DNA of 64,000 nucleotides from Oculatellaceae cyanobacterium bins.114 (GCA_033764315.1 JANRJA010000229.1:1-64000); one strand, 5' to 3'; positions 17,675 to 27,123 are shown, counted from the stretch's first letter. A program made the numbers and translations. The notes: generated from the sequence alone by a model not told the origin.

Positions 17675-18375
17675 CCTTTCCTAACCTTTTGAATATCTTG
17701 ATCAACCTGCTCAATCTGCTGAAACAAAAGATTCAAACGATTTTCATACTGACCTTTAATGGTTACATCAGCAATGGCTTCCATTTCGGCTTGAACGACT
17801 TCAAGCTGCTGCTCAAGATTGCTACGTTTGTTTTGTAAGTATTGCAGCTTGAGAGTCTGAGCTGAGTTAGTGGGAGCCTCTGCCTCTACTGACAGTTCAG
17901 GCGATCCCACAATTTCCTCAAGCGCCCGAATCAGCCGAGTCAGATCCTGATGGAAATCAGGGTCAGGTCGAGCTTGAGCCGCATTCCGATAAGCTAACTC
18001 TGCTAGCGTATTTGGCAATTCATCGACTCTCGGCAACCGTGCCCCTCCCACTAGCAAAGGAATCACGGGAATGTTTCTCCCTAATGCCGTCTCAATCTCT
18101 GCCCGCACCCAGTCATCAGGCTTATCAAGCCGTCGATTTCCCTCATCATCCTGCACGCTGAGCCAAGTTGAACCAATGACTGCGACTAATACCTGACAAT
18201 TGCCCACACCTTGATTGAGATGCGTCCGAAAGTCCACCCCAGGCGGAATAGAATCTACATCCTTAAAAACAACCTTTCGCCCAAAGTGTTCAGACAGGCG
18301 ATCGTAGATACGTCCAGTAACATCATTGCTGTCACTGCGACGGTAGGAAATAAAAATCGAGTTTGAAGGGGGCAT
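17671..18375 (-). CDS. TIR-domain protein with a C-terminal helical effector-associated domain
   Basis: IFISYRRSDS, VFKDVDSIPPGVDF and DWVRAEIETAL (conserved Glu) TIR_2 motifs; ATG at 18375 preferred; stop overlaps the VMAP start. Confidence 0.88.
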   Translation of the reverse strand: MPPSNSIFISYRRSDSNDVTGRIYDRLSEHFGRKVVFKDVDSIPPGVDFRTHLNQGVGNCQVLVAVIGSTWLSVQDDEGNRRLDKPDDWVRAEIETALGRNIPVIPLLVGGARLPRVDELPNTLAELAYRNAAQARPDPDFHQDLTRLIRALEEIVGSPELSVEAEAPTNSAQTLKLQYLQNKRSNLEQQLEVVQAEMEAIADVTIKGQYENRLNLLFQQIEQVDQDIQKVRKG

Positions 18376-18618
18376 GGTTGAGAGGGAGATTTCAGCAAAA
18401 TAGAAAATACTTTCTCTAAGTGCTATTAAAACCTCTACATAACCCAATCTGCTATGTCAGCAAACTTCTTTTTATGCCCAATATGTCGATAGCAGGTGGA
18501 TGGCTAACCACAAAATAGTTCAAATTGAAGTCATCGACTGCTTTAAGTCTTGTCAGCGACTGTAGTGCCAACTTTTGCCATCATCGTCAAAGGGAGAAAA
18601 ACAAGAAAACTGCTCCAG

Positions 18619-19788
18619 TCAAAGTTCAGGAACTTGGACTTGCTTAACAGGCTTCGCATAAACGCGATCGATCATTTCAGCCGAGTTGCCCACCCATTTA
18701 GCAATCTGAATGCTGGCAATATCTACTTCTCGGCACAAACTACAAAACGTATGCCGAGTTTGGTAAGGGTTTCGATATTCTATGTCAGGTAACGTTGCTA
18801 GCACTTTCTTCCAGGCACGATTCGTGAAGTTACTCCAGTCGATAAAACTTCCCTTAGGGCTGGGAAATACTAGAGTATCGGGTTGAACATCTAACGGACG
18901 AATAGATTTCATTAGCTCAGACAATTGAGCATTCACTGGAAATTTTCGAGACTTTTGAGTCTTCAATCCTGGGGTCAAAACAAGGCTATGACCATCAAAA
19001 ATTAATGCCTGCTCAAACTTAATGTGCTGATTCCCAACGGTTTTCCACATGAGGGCCAATGCTTCAGAAGGACGGCACCCTGTGAAGAATAAAAATCCGA
19101 TCAGTGGTGTGTAGTACTTGTAATACCGATTCTTCTCAAAAGCCACAATGATGCGATCGCGCTCTTCACGAGTAAATGGGTTTATGTCCTCTTCCTCATC
19201 TACAACCTTCAATTTGATCTTTGATGCCATACCTAAGAAGGGGGTGGAATCTAACTTTCCCAAGTTCATCGCCCATTTACAACAGGCGTTGAGTTGAACC
19301 AGAATGCGCCTTGCTGAATCAGCAGGGACATTCACGGTTAGCCAATCAAAAATCGCGTGCGCTTCATTGGGGGAATCGTATGGGCATCGCTCCAGATGTT
19401 TAGCAACCCATCCATACATCCTGATAGTGGCAGGAGACTTCCCAACCTTGCGGATCTCTACATACTGTTCCCATAAGTCCTTCAACGACAGGGTTGGTAC
19501 TAGCTTCAGTGCAACAGGCACATCAGATGTTGCTACTGGCTGAGCTTTGTACTTCCGATAAGTTGAGTCAAACTCTCCGTACTCTATGTCCCGCTGAATC
19601 TGAAATGCTGTTTGTTGAGCTTTCATTCGATTGAGGGGAGTATTTGCCATCCCAAGCGATAAAAAATGACGTTTCCCTCCATAAGAGAAAACAAGGCTCA
19701 GGCGATCGCGAAGATTTTTGATTTGAACTGTCCCTACTTTGGCTTTTCGTTTGGAAGGCTTGGAATACATAGGAGCGTAGTAGAACAA
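18619..19788 (-). CDS. Tyrosine integrase with N-terminal arm-binding domain
   Basis: TGCRPSEA, PYQTRHTF and IAKWVGNSAEMIDRVY motifs; adjacent to a tRNA 3' end. Confidence 0.9.
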   Translation of the reverse strand: MFYYAPMYSKPSKRKAKVGTVQIKNLRDRLSLVFSYGGKRHFLSLGMANTPLNRMKAQQTAFQIQRDIEYGEFDSTYRKYKAQPVATSDVPVALKLVPTLSLKDLWEQYVEIRKVGKSPATIRMYGWVAKHLERCPYDSPNEAHAIFDWLTVNVPADSARRILVQLNACCKWAMNLGKLDSTPFLGMASKIKLKVVDEEEDINPFTREERDRIIVAFEKNRYYKYYTPLIGFLFFTGCRPSEALALMWKTVGNQHIKFEQALIFDGHSLVLTPGLKTQKSRKFPVNAQLSELMKSIRPLDVQPDTLVFPSPKGSFIDWSNFTNRAWKKVLATLPDIEYRNPYQTRHTFCSLCREVDIASIQIAKWVGNSAEMIDRVYAKPVKQVQVPEL

Positions 19789-19917
19789 TTGATCTCAATT
19801 GCAATCCTACACTGGCAATTTTTGATCTCAATCTCGATCTCAATCGCCTATCTAAACCTCCCAAAAAATACCCAAAAATGCCTAAGTAAATTTTTGTGAA
19901 CTCCCCCAAAACACGAA

Positions 19918-19943
19918 TTGCCAGAGGATACAACCCCTGGCAA
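19918..19943 (-). terminator. Hairpin downstream of tRNA-Thr
   Basis: ttgccag...ctggcaa inverted repeat. Confidence 0.4.
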
Positions 19944-19970
19944 TGAAGCAAAACGCCGTTAAGACAGGCA

Positions 19971-20043
19971 AGCTGGTGACAAGGTTCGAACTTGCGACCT
20001 GCTGATTACAAGTCAGCTGCTCTACCAACTGAGCTACACCAGC
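19971..20043 (-). tRNA. trnT: tRNA-Thr (anticodon UGU)
   Basis: GCTGGTG acceptor stem, D-arm AGCTCAGTTGGTAGAGC, anticodon loop CTTGTAA, T-loop GTTCGAA; CCA not encoded. Confidence 0.95.
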
Positions 20044-20257
20044 AATCAAAAAATACTATAACACTTTTTTAGATCGTTCTTTTTCCAAGTTCTCCACAGG
20101 TTTTCTCAGAAATTTTGCTTTAGTAGAAATACGTAATCTTTATGAAAGAGCTAAAAACCAAGAAGATTAAGCAAAATCAGCGATTTGAGGTATCGCTTCG
20201 ACGGGAAAACCTTTTAAATCAGTAGTATTACTACCGCTGCGTAGAGGGTTCGAGCTT

Positions 20258-20587
20258 ATGGTTTCTCAGTATTGCAATTCAGATTATTCTGCCTCAGGGC
20301 TAACTGCTCCTGACCTCCTCAATCCTGCGCAAGCGATCGCCGACATCATAGACGACAATCGCCTCATTCAGACCCAGATTCGGTTGCAAATCCCTAAAAA
20401 CTTCCACCGAGAGCCCATTATCTCTCGTCTTATTTCTGAACATCGCATTGCTGTTAATGTAACATCGGCACCTACCGGGACAAATCCTCGGTGCGATCGC
20501 TGGTTTACCTTAGAGCTGCGAGGCAAGGTTAAGCAAGTTCGGAGTGCACTAGCTTACCTCAAGGATACAAAACCTGAAGTTCTTTAG
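20258..20587 (+). CDS. NIL domain-containing protein
   Basis: IRLQIPKNFHREPIISRLISEH...WFTLELRG pattern. Confidence 0.65.
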   Translation: MVSQYCNSDYSASGLTAPDLLNPAQAIADIIDDNRLIQTQIRLQIPKNFHREPIISRLISEHRIAVNVTSAPTGTNPRCDRWFTLELRGKVKQVRSALAYLKDTKPEVL

Positions 20588-20934
20588 AATGAGCCTTGGC
20601 AAAGACCAGCAACACCGGGCAGAGGCTATAGCAACAGACAAGTTGTTAAGAAGCCGCTGATGTGAAAGGGCTATTGGGTTAGTGGCGTGGCCGTAAAGAG
20701 AATGGTGGTGGTTTGCGTACGGGTAGTTGTGCCTTTTATACAAAAACTTTATTAAGTCTCTCTGAGTTTTCCGAAGGTCGAGCAATCAATAAAAGCCAGA
20801 TTTCACGGATGTCAGGTACTGCACCAATTTGTTTACATCAGAAGTATAGCAACCATTATTAGGGTCAAGACGATAATGTCTTCACCTGCCTAACCGCTGC
20901 TATTAATACCTTTAGACACCATCAGGACGGGTCT

Positions 20935-21222
20935 ATGAATGGCACTTCTGAAGTGATTACGGTTTATGCGCCCAGACGTATTGATCTCTGTACGGCTCCG
21001 TTTTTGGCTAAAGATCTAGATGAAAAACTGCAAGCAGGGGTTTCTCTTGTTCTTGATTTAAGTCAAACGCGATTTATTGACCCTCCTAGCACAGATGTTT
21101 TGATTCAAGGCATCTTGAAAGCAAGACAGCGTCGTGCTCGGCTGTCACTCCAAAAAGTCGCTCCTCAAGTCAAGGTCGTTCTAGAGCTGGCAGGGGTACT
21201 GCAATTTTTCCGTCGTAAATAG
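20935..21222 (+). CDS. STAS-domain anti-sigma-factor antagonist
   Basis: LVLDLSQTRFID and PQVKVVLELAG motifs. Confidence 0.8.
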   Translation: MNGTSEVITVYAPRRIDLCTAPFLAKDLDEKLQAGVSLVLDLSQTRFIDPPSTDVLIQGILKARQRRARLSLQKVAPQVKVVLELAGVLQFFRRK

Positions 21223-21618
21223 CGATCGTCAATAACGGTCTTTGTATAGTTCTAAATTCATTGTGAGATGTTTAATCTGTGAGAGCTGTATCCCCTCAAG
21301 GGTGCGGCTCTCATTTATTTGGGATTGCTGGGGAAGTGTTGTATTGAGCTGTTCTGGCTGGGCTTTTAGCAGTGCTAGAAGGGGCAGGATGATGAATAGG
21401 AATGCCGAATTTTTGGGGGTGGCGATCGCTCTTTAATCGGTTACGCCAACTTGCATCTACACGCTTAGATCAGGGTATTCAAAAATTGCATTTTCCTGAT
21501 GCATCCACCGCATTGAGCAGTTTTATCTGACCAAATAAAAGGTTACATTAGAATTGCTTGTTATCTAGATTAAAAATACTTGTCGCAGCTTGCCCTGGTT
21601 CCTAGATAGGTGCAGATT

Positions 21619-21765
21619 ATGGATAAAAGAGCTGACAGAAAACATCAAGACCTAGTTGTTGCTACCGCTAGCAGCACTCCTGAGCATGATTTCAACTTTG
21701 ATCTGTGGGCAAGTGCGGTGAAGCGGCAAATGATTGCTTCATTGCGTAAGCGTGGGGATCAGTAG
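21619..21765 (+). CDS. Small (48 aa) hypothetical protein, absent from the ORF track
   Basis: ATG at 21619 to TAG at 21765, MDKRADRKHQDLVVATASSTPEHDFNFDLWASAVKRQMIASLRKRGDQ; ends 15 bp before the next gene. Confidence 0.55.
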   Translation: MDKRADRKHQDLVVATASSTPEHDFNFDLWASAVKRQMIASLRKRGDQ

Positions 21766-21780
21766 ATCCTGCTATTTCGT

Positions 21781-22626
21781 ATGGCGACCAAAGTTATTCT
21801 GGTCATTTTAGATGGTTTGCGGCTTGACGTGGCGCAAACCTCAATGGGCTTTTTGGCACACTGGGTTGAGACAGCCCAGGCCAGCTTATACAAAATTCGG
21901 GCAGAGCTTCCTACCCTCTCTCGCCCGCTCTATGAAACGGTCTTAACTGGAACCTCTGCAACTGTTCATGGCATCACAGCCAACGAGGTGGCTCGCCTGT
22001 CTCACCAGGTCAGTCTGTTTCATTTGGCAACTCAGCGAGGGTTGATAACGGCTGCGGCTGCCTATCATTGGTTTAGCGAACTGTACAATCGGTTTCCCTT
22101 TAGCCCATTTAGGGATCGCGAACAACATGATTGCGATCGCCCGATTCAACACGGCAAGTTTTATTTTGAAGATAGTTACCCTGACTCTCACTTGTTTGCC
22201 GATGCTGAGGTGTTGCGGCAAGATTGGCACCCTGATTTTATGCTAGTTCACCCGATGGGGTTGGATTACGCAGGGCATTGCTTTGGGGCGGATACCCAGC
22301 ACTATCGAGGGCGGGCGATCGCGATGGATAGTTTGTTGGCGCAGTATCTACCGCTGTGGTGCAAGGAAGGGTATGACGTTTTGATTACTGCTGATCACGG
22401 TATGAATGCAGACGGACAACATGGGGGGACGCTGCCTGATGTACGGGAAATTCCTCTCTTTTGTCTGGGGCAAGGTTTTACTCCGGGCACCTATTTAGAG
22501 GGGGTGTCACAGTTGGCGATCGCGCCTCTGATTTGCCAAATGTTAGGGTTGCCGCTTGCTGAAAATATGCGGTTGATTGACGTTCCAGGGTATCGTTCAC
22601 CTGTGGTATTGGGGAGCCACCCCTAA
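21781..22626 (+). CDS. Alkaline phosphatase / nucleotide pyrophosphatase superfamily protein
   Basis: VILVILDGLR, LDYAGH and ITADHGM metal-binding motifs. Confidence 0.85.
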   Translation: MATKVILVILDGLRLDVAQTSMGFLAHWVETAQASLYKIRAELPTLSRPLYETVLTGTSATVHGITANEVARLSHQVSLFHLATQRGLITAAAAYHWFSELYNRFPFSPFRDREQHDCDRPIQHGKFYFEDSYPDSHLFADAEVLRQDWHPDFMLVHPMGLDYAGHCFGADTQHYRGRAIAMDSLLAQYLPLWCKEGYDVLITADHGMNADGQHGGTLPDVREIPLFCLGQGFTPGTYLEGVSQLAIAPLICQMLGLPLAENMRLIDVPGYRSPVVLGSHP

Positions 22627-22692
22627 GAGAAGAGTGATCCTGAAGGGGCAGAAATTGCTTAAAATCAAGCGGAAACTCTCATTCAGGCACTC

Positions 22693-23703
22693 ATGAGCCA
22701 GATTTCACCGCAAAAGCCCCCTATTGCTCCTCAGACTAAATCAAAATCTAGTCTTTTACAGCAACACGCCCCCTGGCTCTATGCTTTTTGGAAATTTTCT
22801 CGCCCTCATACCATTGTGGGTACGACTCTCAGTGGGCTGGGATTGTATTTCATGGTCTTATCGGGAGTAGGAGTACTTTCCTCTGCTGAGGGTTTAAATT
22901 CTGGAGCTGTACAGGGATGGGAATCGATTGTTGGTACGTTGTTACCAGCACTGTTGGCATGTCTCTGTGGCAATGTCTATATTGTGGGACTCAATCAACT
23001 AGAAGATGTGGCGATCGACCAGGTTAACAAGCCCCATTTGCCGTTAGCATCAGGAGAATTTTCTCGGCGCGAGGCACAGCTAATTGTTGCCATTATGGGT
23101 AGTGCTGCGATCGCGATCGCCTTAACACAAGGTCAATTTTTGTTGGCAACCATTGGCATCAGTTTGGCGATCGGCACTGCCTACTCACTGCCCCCCATTC
23201 GGTTAAAACGATTTCCGATGTGGGCATCGTTTTGCATCTTCACAGTCCGTGGGGTTGTGGTGAATCTGGGATTGTTTTTGCACTTTAATAGTCGATTGCA
23301 ACAGAGCACCTATGTGCCAGAGATAGTGTGGGCTTTAACAACCTTCATTTTGGTGTTTACGTTGGTGATTGCTCTGTTTAAAGACATTCCTGATATGGAG
23401 GGCGATCGGCGTTATCACATCACCACGTTTACGATTCGCTTGGGTCAAGAGGCTGTCTTTAACGGCTGCCGTTGGATTCTCACCAGTTGTTATGTTGGCA
23501 TCATGCTTGTGGCTGTGTGGATGCCCCATGTCAATGCAGCGTTTCTCAGCGGCACTCACGGCATCATCTTAGCTCTGTTTTGGTGGCAGAGCTGGCGCGT
23601 CAATCTGTCTGAAAAAGCGCAAATCGCTCGATTTTATCAATTCATCTGGAAACTCTTTTTCCTGGAATATGTGTTGTTTCCAGTTGCCTGCTGGTTGGGG
23701 TAG
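22693..23703 (+). CDS. hpt: Homogentisate phytyltransferase (UbiA family, tocopherol synthesis)
   Basis: FWKFSRPHTIVGT, NQLEDVAIDQVNKPHLPLASG, KDIPDMEGD and FYQFIWKLFFLEY motifs. Confidence 0.9.
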   Translation: MSQISPQKPPIAPQTKSKSSLLQQHAPWLYAFWKFSRPHTIVGTTLSGLGLYFMVLSGVGVLSSAEGLNSGAVQGWESIVGTLLPALLACLCGNVYIVGLNQLEDVAIDQVNKPHLPLASGEFSRREAQLIVAIMGSAAIAIALTQGQFLLATIGISLAIGTAYSLPPIRLKRFPMWASFCIFTVRGVVVNLGLFLHFNSRLQQSTYVPEIVWALTTFILVFTLVIALFKDIPDMEGDRRYHITTFTIRLGQEAVFNGCRWILTSCYVGIMLVAVWMPHVNAAFLSGTHGIILALFWWQSWRVNLSEKAQIARFYQFIWKLFFLEYVLFPVACWLG

Positions 23704-24032
23704 GGCAAGAGTAATGAGCCGTCCAAGTGTTGCTCATCCAGGGCAGCATCTCCTATCTGTACATGAATCGATGGCAGGAGTGCGATCGCCTCGCTTGCAC
23801 AGACAGACGTTTGCATTTTAAGAATCAAACCGAGGAGGCACTCTCGTCAATTGACCATAAACCATTGACTATTGCCCCCTTAACCATGAACGATTGACCT
23901 AATACCATTTCTAGAAATTTGGGCTACACATCAACATGCTTGTAAGGGCTTTTGCGAACTTCCCCTACTGCTGATCTGTGACCGTTATTTGTCGAAGTTG
24001 GTACTGGCACCTTCTCACAAGCGGCAGTTGAC

Positions 24033-24761
24033 ATGACCAATTCATCCGGGAAAGTTTATGTAGTTGGCTCTGGGCCAGGTGATCCGGCTTACTTAACGGT
24101 GCGGGGTCAGCAATTGCTCAATCAATCTGAAGTCGTGGTCTATGATGCGCTGGTGGATGCGGAGTTGTTGCATCAAGTACCTGCGACCTGCGAGTTAGTG
24201 GATGTGGGTAAGCGGGGGGGACAACCCAGCATGAAGCAAGCGGAGATCGATCGCCTATTGGTGGAGTATTGCTCTCAGGGCAAACAGGTGGTTCGTCTCA
24301 AGAGCGGTGATCCGTTTATCTTTGGGCGCACGACCTCTGAGTTGCAAGCTTTAATCGCAGCAAATTGTGATTTTGAAGTGGTTCCAGGGGTTTCCTCGGC
24401 ATTAGCTGCGCCTTTGCTAGCGGGCATTCCGTTGACGGATCCGGTGATGAGCCGTTGTTTTGCGGTGTTAACTGCCCATGATCCCGATGCTCTTGATTGG
24501 GAAGCACTAGCAGGAATTGAAACCCTGGTGATTTTGATGGGTGGGCAACATCTGCTGACAATTACTCATCGCTTACAAGAACATGGGCGATCGCCCCATA
24601 CTCCGGTTGCAGTGATTCAATGGGCAGGACATCCCACTCAAACCATTTGGACTGGAACCCTGACAACGATCGTTCAAACAATTGCAGGAGAGTCAATCTC
24701 ACCTTGCGTGATCACGGTTGGCGAAGTAGTGGCGTTGCGTCCCTACCTGATGAAAAATTAA
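24033..24761 (+). CDS. cobA: Uroporphyrinogen-III C-methyltransferase
   Basis: VGSGPGD, VRLKSGDPFIFGR and VPGVSSALAA motifs. Confidence 0.92.
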   Translation: MTNSSGKVYVVGSGPGDPAYLTVRGQQLLNQSEVVVYDALVDAELLHQVPATCELVDVGKRGGQPSMKQAEIDRLLVEYCSQGKQVVRLKSGDPFIFGRTTSELQALIAANCDFEVVPGVSSALAAPLLAGIPLTDPVMSRCFAVLTAHDPDALDWEALAGIETLVILMGGQHLLTITHRLQEHGRSPHTPVAVIQWAGHPTQTIWTGTLTTIVQTIAGESISPCVITVGEVVALRPYLMKN

Positions 24762-24784
24762 AGGAGCCGGGATGAATCACGTTT

Positions 24785-25606
24785 GTGCTGGAGGGTGACA
24801 GGATGCAGGATGCAACGGTGAAACCACTGCTTGGCAAGACGGTGTTGGTGACGCGATCGGCGGGTCAGTCTAGTCAGTTTACCCAATTGCTATCGCAACA
24901 AGGGGCAGCGGTTATTGAGATGCCTGCGTTAGAGATCGGGGCACCTTCGAGTTGGGCCGCGTTAGATCAGGCGATCGCCCACTTGTGTGACTTTGATTGG
25001 TTGATTTTGACCTCGACTAATGGAGTTGATTATTTTTTTGCGCGATTGGCATTAAACAACCAGTCAGGAGAAGCACTGGCCGCCGTTAAAGTGGCAGTCG
25101 TGGGGCAAAAGACAGCGGCTCGCTTGCGTCAACATGGGCGAGAGCCAGATTTTATTCCCCCTGATTATGTGGCTGATGTTTTGGTCGAGACGTTTCCAGA
25201 AAGCGATCGCCTCTCAGGGTTAAAAATCTTGTTTCCGCGAGTTGAGACGGGTGGACGGGAGGTGTTAGTGCAAGAGTTTACGGCTAAAGGGGCGATCGTC
25301 ACAGAGGTGGCAGCTTACCAATCTTGCTGTGCTCAGACTATCCCCACCGACATATGGCAGGCATTGCACCAGGGCAAAGTGGATATTGTCACATTTGCCA
25401 GTTCTAAAACTGTGCAGTGTTTTTGGCAATTGATTCATCAAGACAAAATGTTGATTCCTGCGGCGGTATGCATTGCTTCAATTGGTCCCCAAACCTCAAC
25501 TGCCTGTCAACACTGCTTGGGGCGCGTAGATGTGGAGGCAGAGGAGTATACTTTGGAGGGGTTAACTCAAGCGATCGCACGTTGGGCAGTGACTACACAT
25601 CAGTGA
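24785..25606 (+). CDS. hemD: Uroporphyrinogen-III synthase
   Basis: VLVTR, LILTSTNGV, VTFASSKTV and ASIGPQT motifs; the real start may be the ATG near 24803. Confidence 0.9.
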   Translation: MLEGDRMQDATVKPLLGKTVLVTRSAGQSSQFTQLLSQQGAAVIEMPALEIGAPSSWAALDQAIAHLCDFDWLILTSTNGVDYFFARLALNNQSGEALAAVKVAVVGQKTAARLRQHGREPDFIPPDYVADVLVETFPESDRLSGLKILFPRVETGGREVLVQEFTAKGAIVTEVAAYQSCCAQTIPTDIWQALHQGKVDIVTFASSKTVQCFWQLIHQDKMLIPAAVCIASIGPQTSTACQHCLGRVDVEAEEYTLEGLTQAIARWAVTTHQ

Positions 25607-25620
25607 CCACACATTAGGGT

Positions 25621-26295
25621 ATGAGTGACGACGGGCAAACTTTCGGCAAATTTCCACAGCGAACGATTGGCATTACAGGTGGTTTAGGAATGGGCAAAAC
25701 AACTATTTCTAATTACCTGTCAACCACTCATCATTTACCCGTTTTAGATGCCGATTTATATGCCCGAGAGGCGGTGCAGCCTGATTCAGCTGTATATCAA
25801 GAGATTATTGAGCGGTATGGCTCTAGTGTGTTATTGCCGAATCGAACCCTCGATCGGACGCGGTTAGGTGAAATTATTTTTAATAATTCATCTGAGCGAC
25901 TTTGGCTAGAGCAACGCATTCATCCCTATGTGCGCGATCGCATGGAGACAACCCTAAAGGAACTGAGATCGCAAGCGGTGCCAACCGCAGTATTGGTAAT
26001 TCCACTGCTGTTTGAGGCGCGTATGACTGATCTCGTCAACGAGATTTGGGTGGTCTATTGCCCTGCTGAAAAACAAGTAGAACGCTTGATGCAGCGGGAC
26101 CATTTGAATCTAGAGCAGATTCATGCTCGAATTAACAGCCAGATGGCGATCGAGCAAAAAATCAGACGAGCTGATGTTGTGTTAGATAACTCATCTACTC
26201 CGGAAGTTTTGCTTCAGCAGGTGAATTTAGCTTTAACACAATCTCAACCCAATGCTCAATCGCAATTCTCTACTCGTCGCTCTCTAGAAGAGTGA
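25621..26295 (+). CDS. coaE: Dephospho-CoA kinase
   Basis: IGITGGLGMGKT, IPLLFE and RINSQM motifs. Confidence 0.92.
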   Translation: MSDDGQTFGKFPQRTIGITGGLGMGKTTISNYLSTTHHLPVLDADLYAREAVQPDSAVYQEIIERYGSSVLLPNRTLDRTRLGEIIFNNSSERLWLEQRIHPYVRDRMETTLKELRSQAVPTAVLVIPLLFEARMTDLVNEIWVVYCPAEKQVERLMQRDHLNLEQIHARINSQMAIEQKIRRADVVLDNSSTPEVLLQQVNLALTQSQPNAQSQFSTRRSLEE

Positions 26296-26356
26296 TAGGT
26301 AGAGCGGCTGAAGGATTGTGATGCTGATGACCCAGCTATGCCAATCTTGAAAATGG

Positions 26357-26950
26357 ATGCTTCACCGTCAATTACGAGGAGACTTCATGGGCGCGACGCT
26401 GCAACAGATTGCTATGTATCTTGATAATGCAGGCTGGAAATACCAAATTGATGAAGCCGAACACCGCATCTTGACGGGTGTTTATGCTGAGCATATTGAA
26501 GATTTTTTAATTGTGGTACAGCTTGAAGAAGATGGAGAGTTTTTTGAATTGTTTGCGCCACGAGTGCTCTCTGGCGTTCAAGAACATCCCCACAAAACGG
26601 CTATTCTGCAAGCAATGCTCAGCATCTCCTGGGAAACCAAAATGCTGCAATGGGAATATGACCCGAATGATGGAGAGATTCGTGCCATTATTGAATTCCC
26701 TCTAGAAGACTCTATTCTCACCGAGAGGCAATTCAACCGTTGCCTGCATGGATTGGTGCAACTCGTTGATGAAATTGCCTTACCTCGGCTCAAAGAGGTT
26801 ATGGAAACGGGACATGATCCCGGTGATGTTGAAGAAGGAGAGCGGTTATTGCTCAAGCTTCAAGAAGAAGCTCCCGGCTTACTAACAGTGCTGGAGAGAG
26901 CGATGGAAGCTCGTAAGCGGCGGGGACGCTTTCCCACAAATGAGGCATAA
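26357..26950 (+). CDS. Conserved cyanobacterial hypothetical protein (YbjN-like)
   Basis: Long ORF; WETKMLQWEYDPNDGEIRAIIEFPLED segment resembles a conserved cyanobacterial family. Confidence 0.6.
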   Translation: MLHRQLRGDFMGATLQQIAMYLDNAGWKYQIDEAEHRILTGVYAEHIEDFLIVVQLEEDGEFFELFAPRVLSGVQEHPHKTAILQAMLSISWETKMLQWEYDPNDGEIRAIIEFPLEDSILTERQFNRCLHGLVQLVDEIALPRLKEVMETGHDPGDVEEGERLLLKLQEEAPGLLTVLERAMEARKRRGRFPTNEA

Positions 26951-27071
26951 AGAGAACGAAGGTTATTCGTTAGAGGTCAAATAACCCCGGTGAATAACTC
27001 CAAGTGATTAATTCCAAGTGTGGCTATTCCAGATCCCCGGTTTTGCGTTTACCTAAAGTAGTCTTACGGAT

Positions 27072-27123
27072 GTCCCCTTCGGCTACGCTCAGGGGACGCT
27101 GACTGAGCGCAGTCGAAGGCAGC
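27072..27123. repeat. REP-like element (CCCTTCGGCTACGCTCAGGG type)
   Basis: gtccccttcggctacgctcaggggac followed by its near-complement ctgagcgcagtcgaagg, between convergent genes. Confidence 0.6.

Noticed and set aside
2223-19788. Intact prophage
   Set aside because: No capsid, terminase, portal, tail or lysis genes are recognisable in the window.
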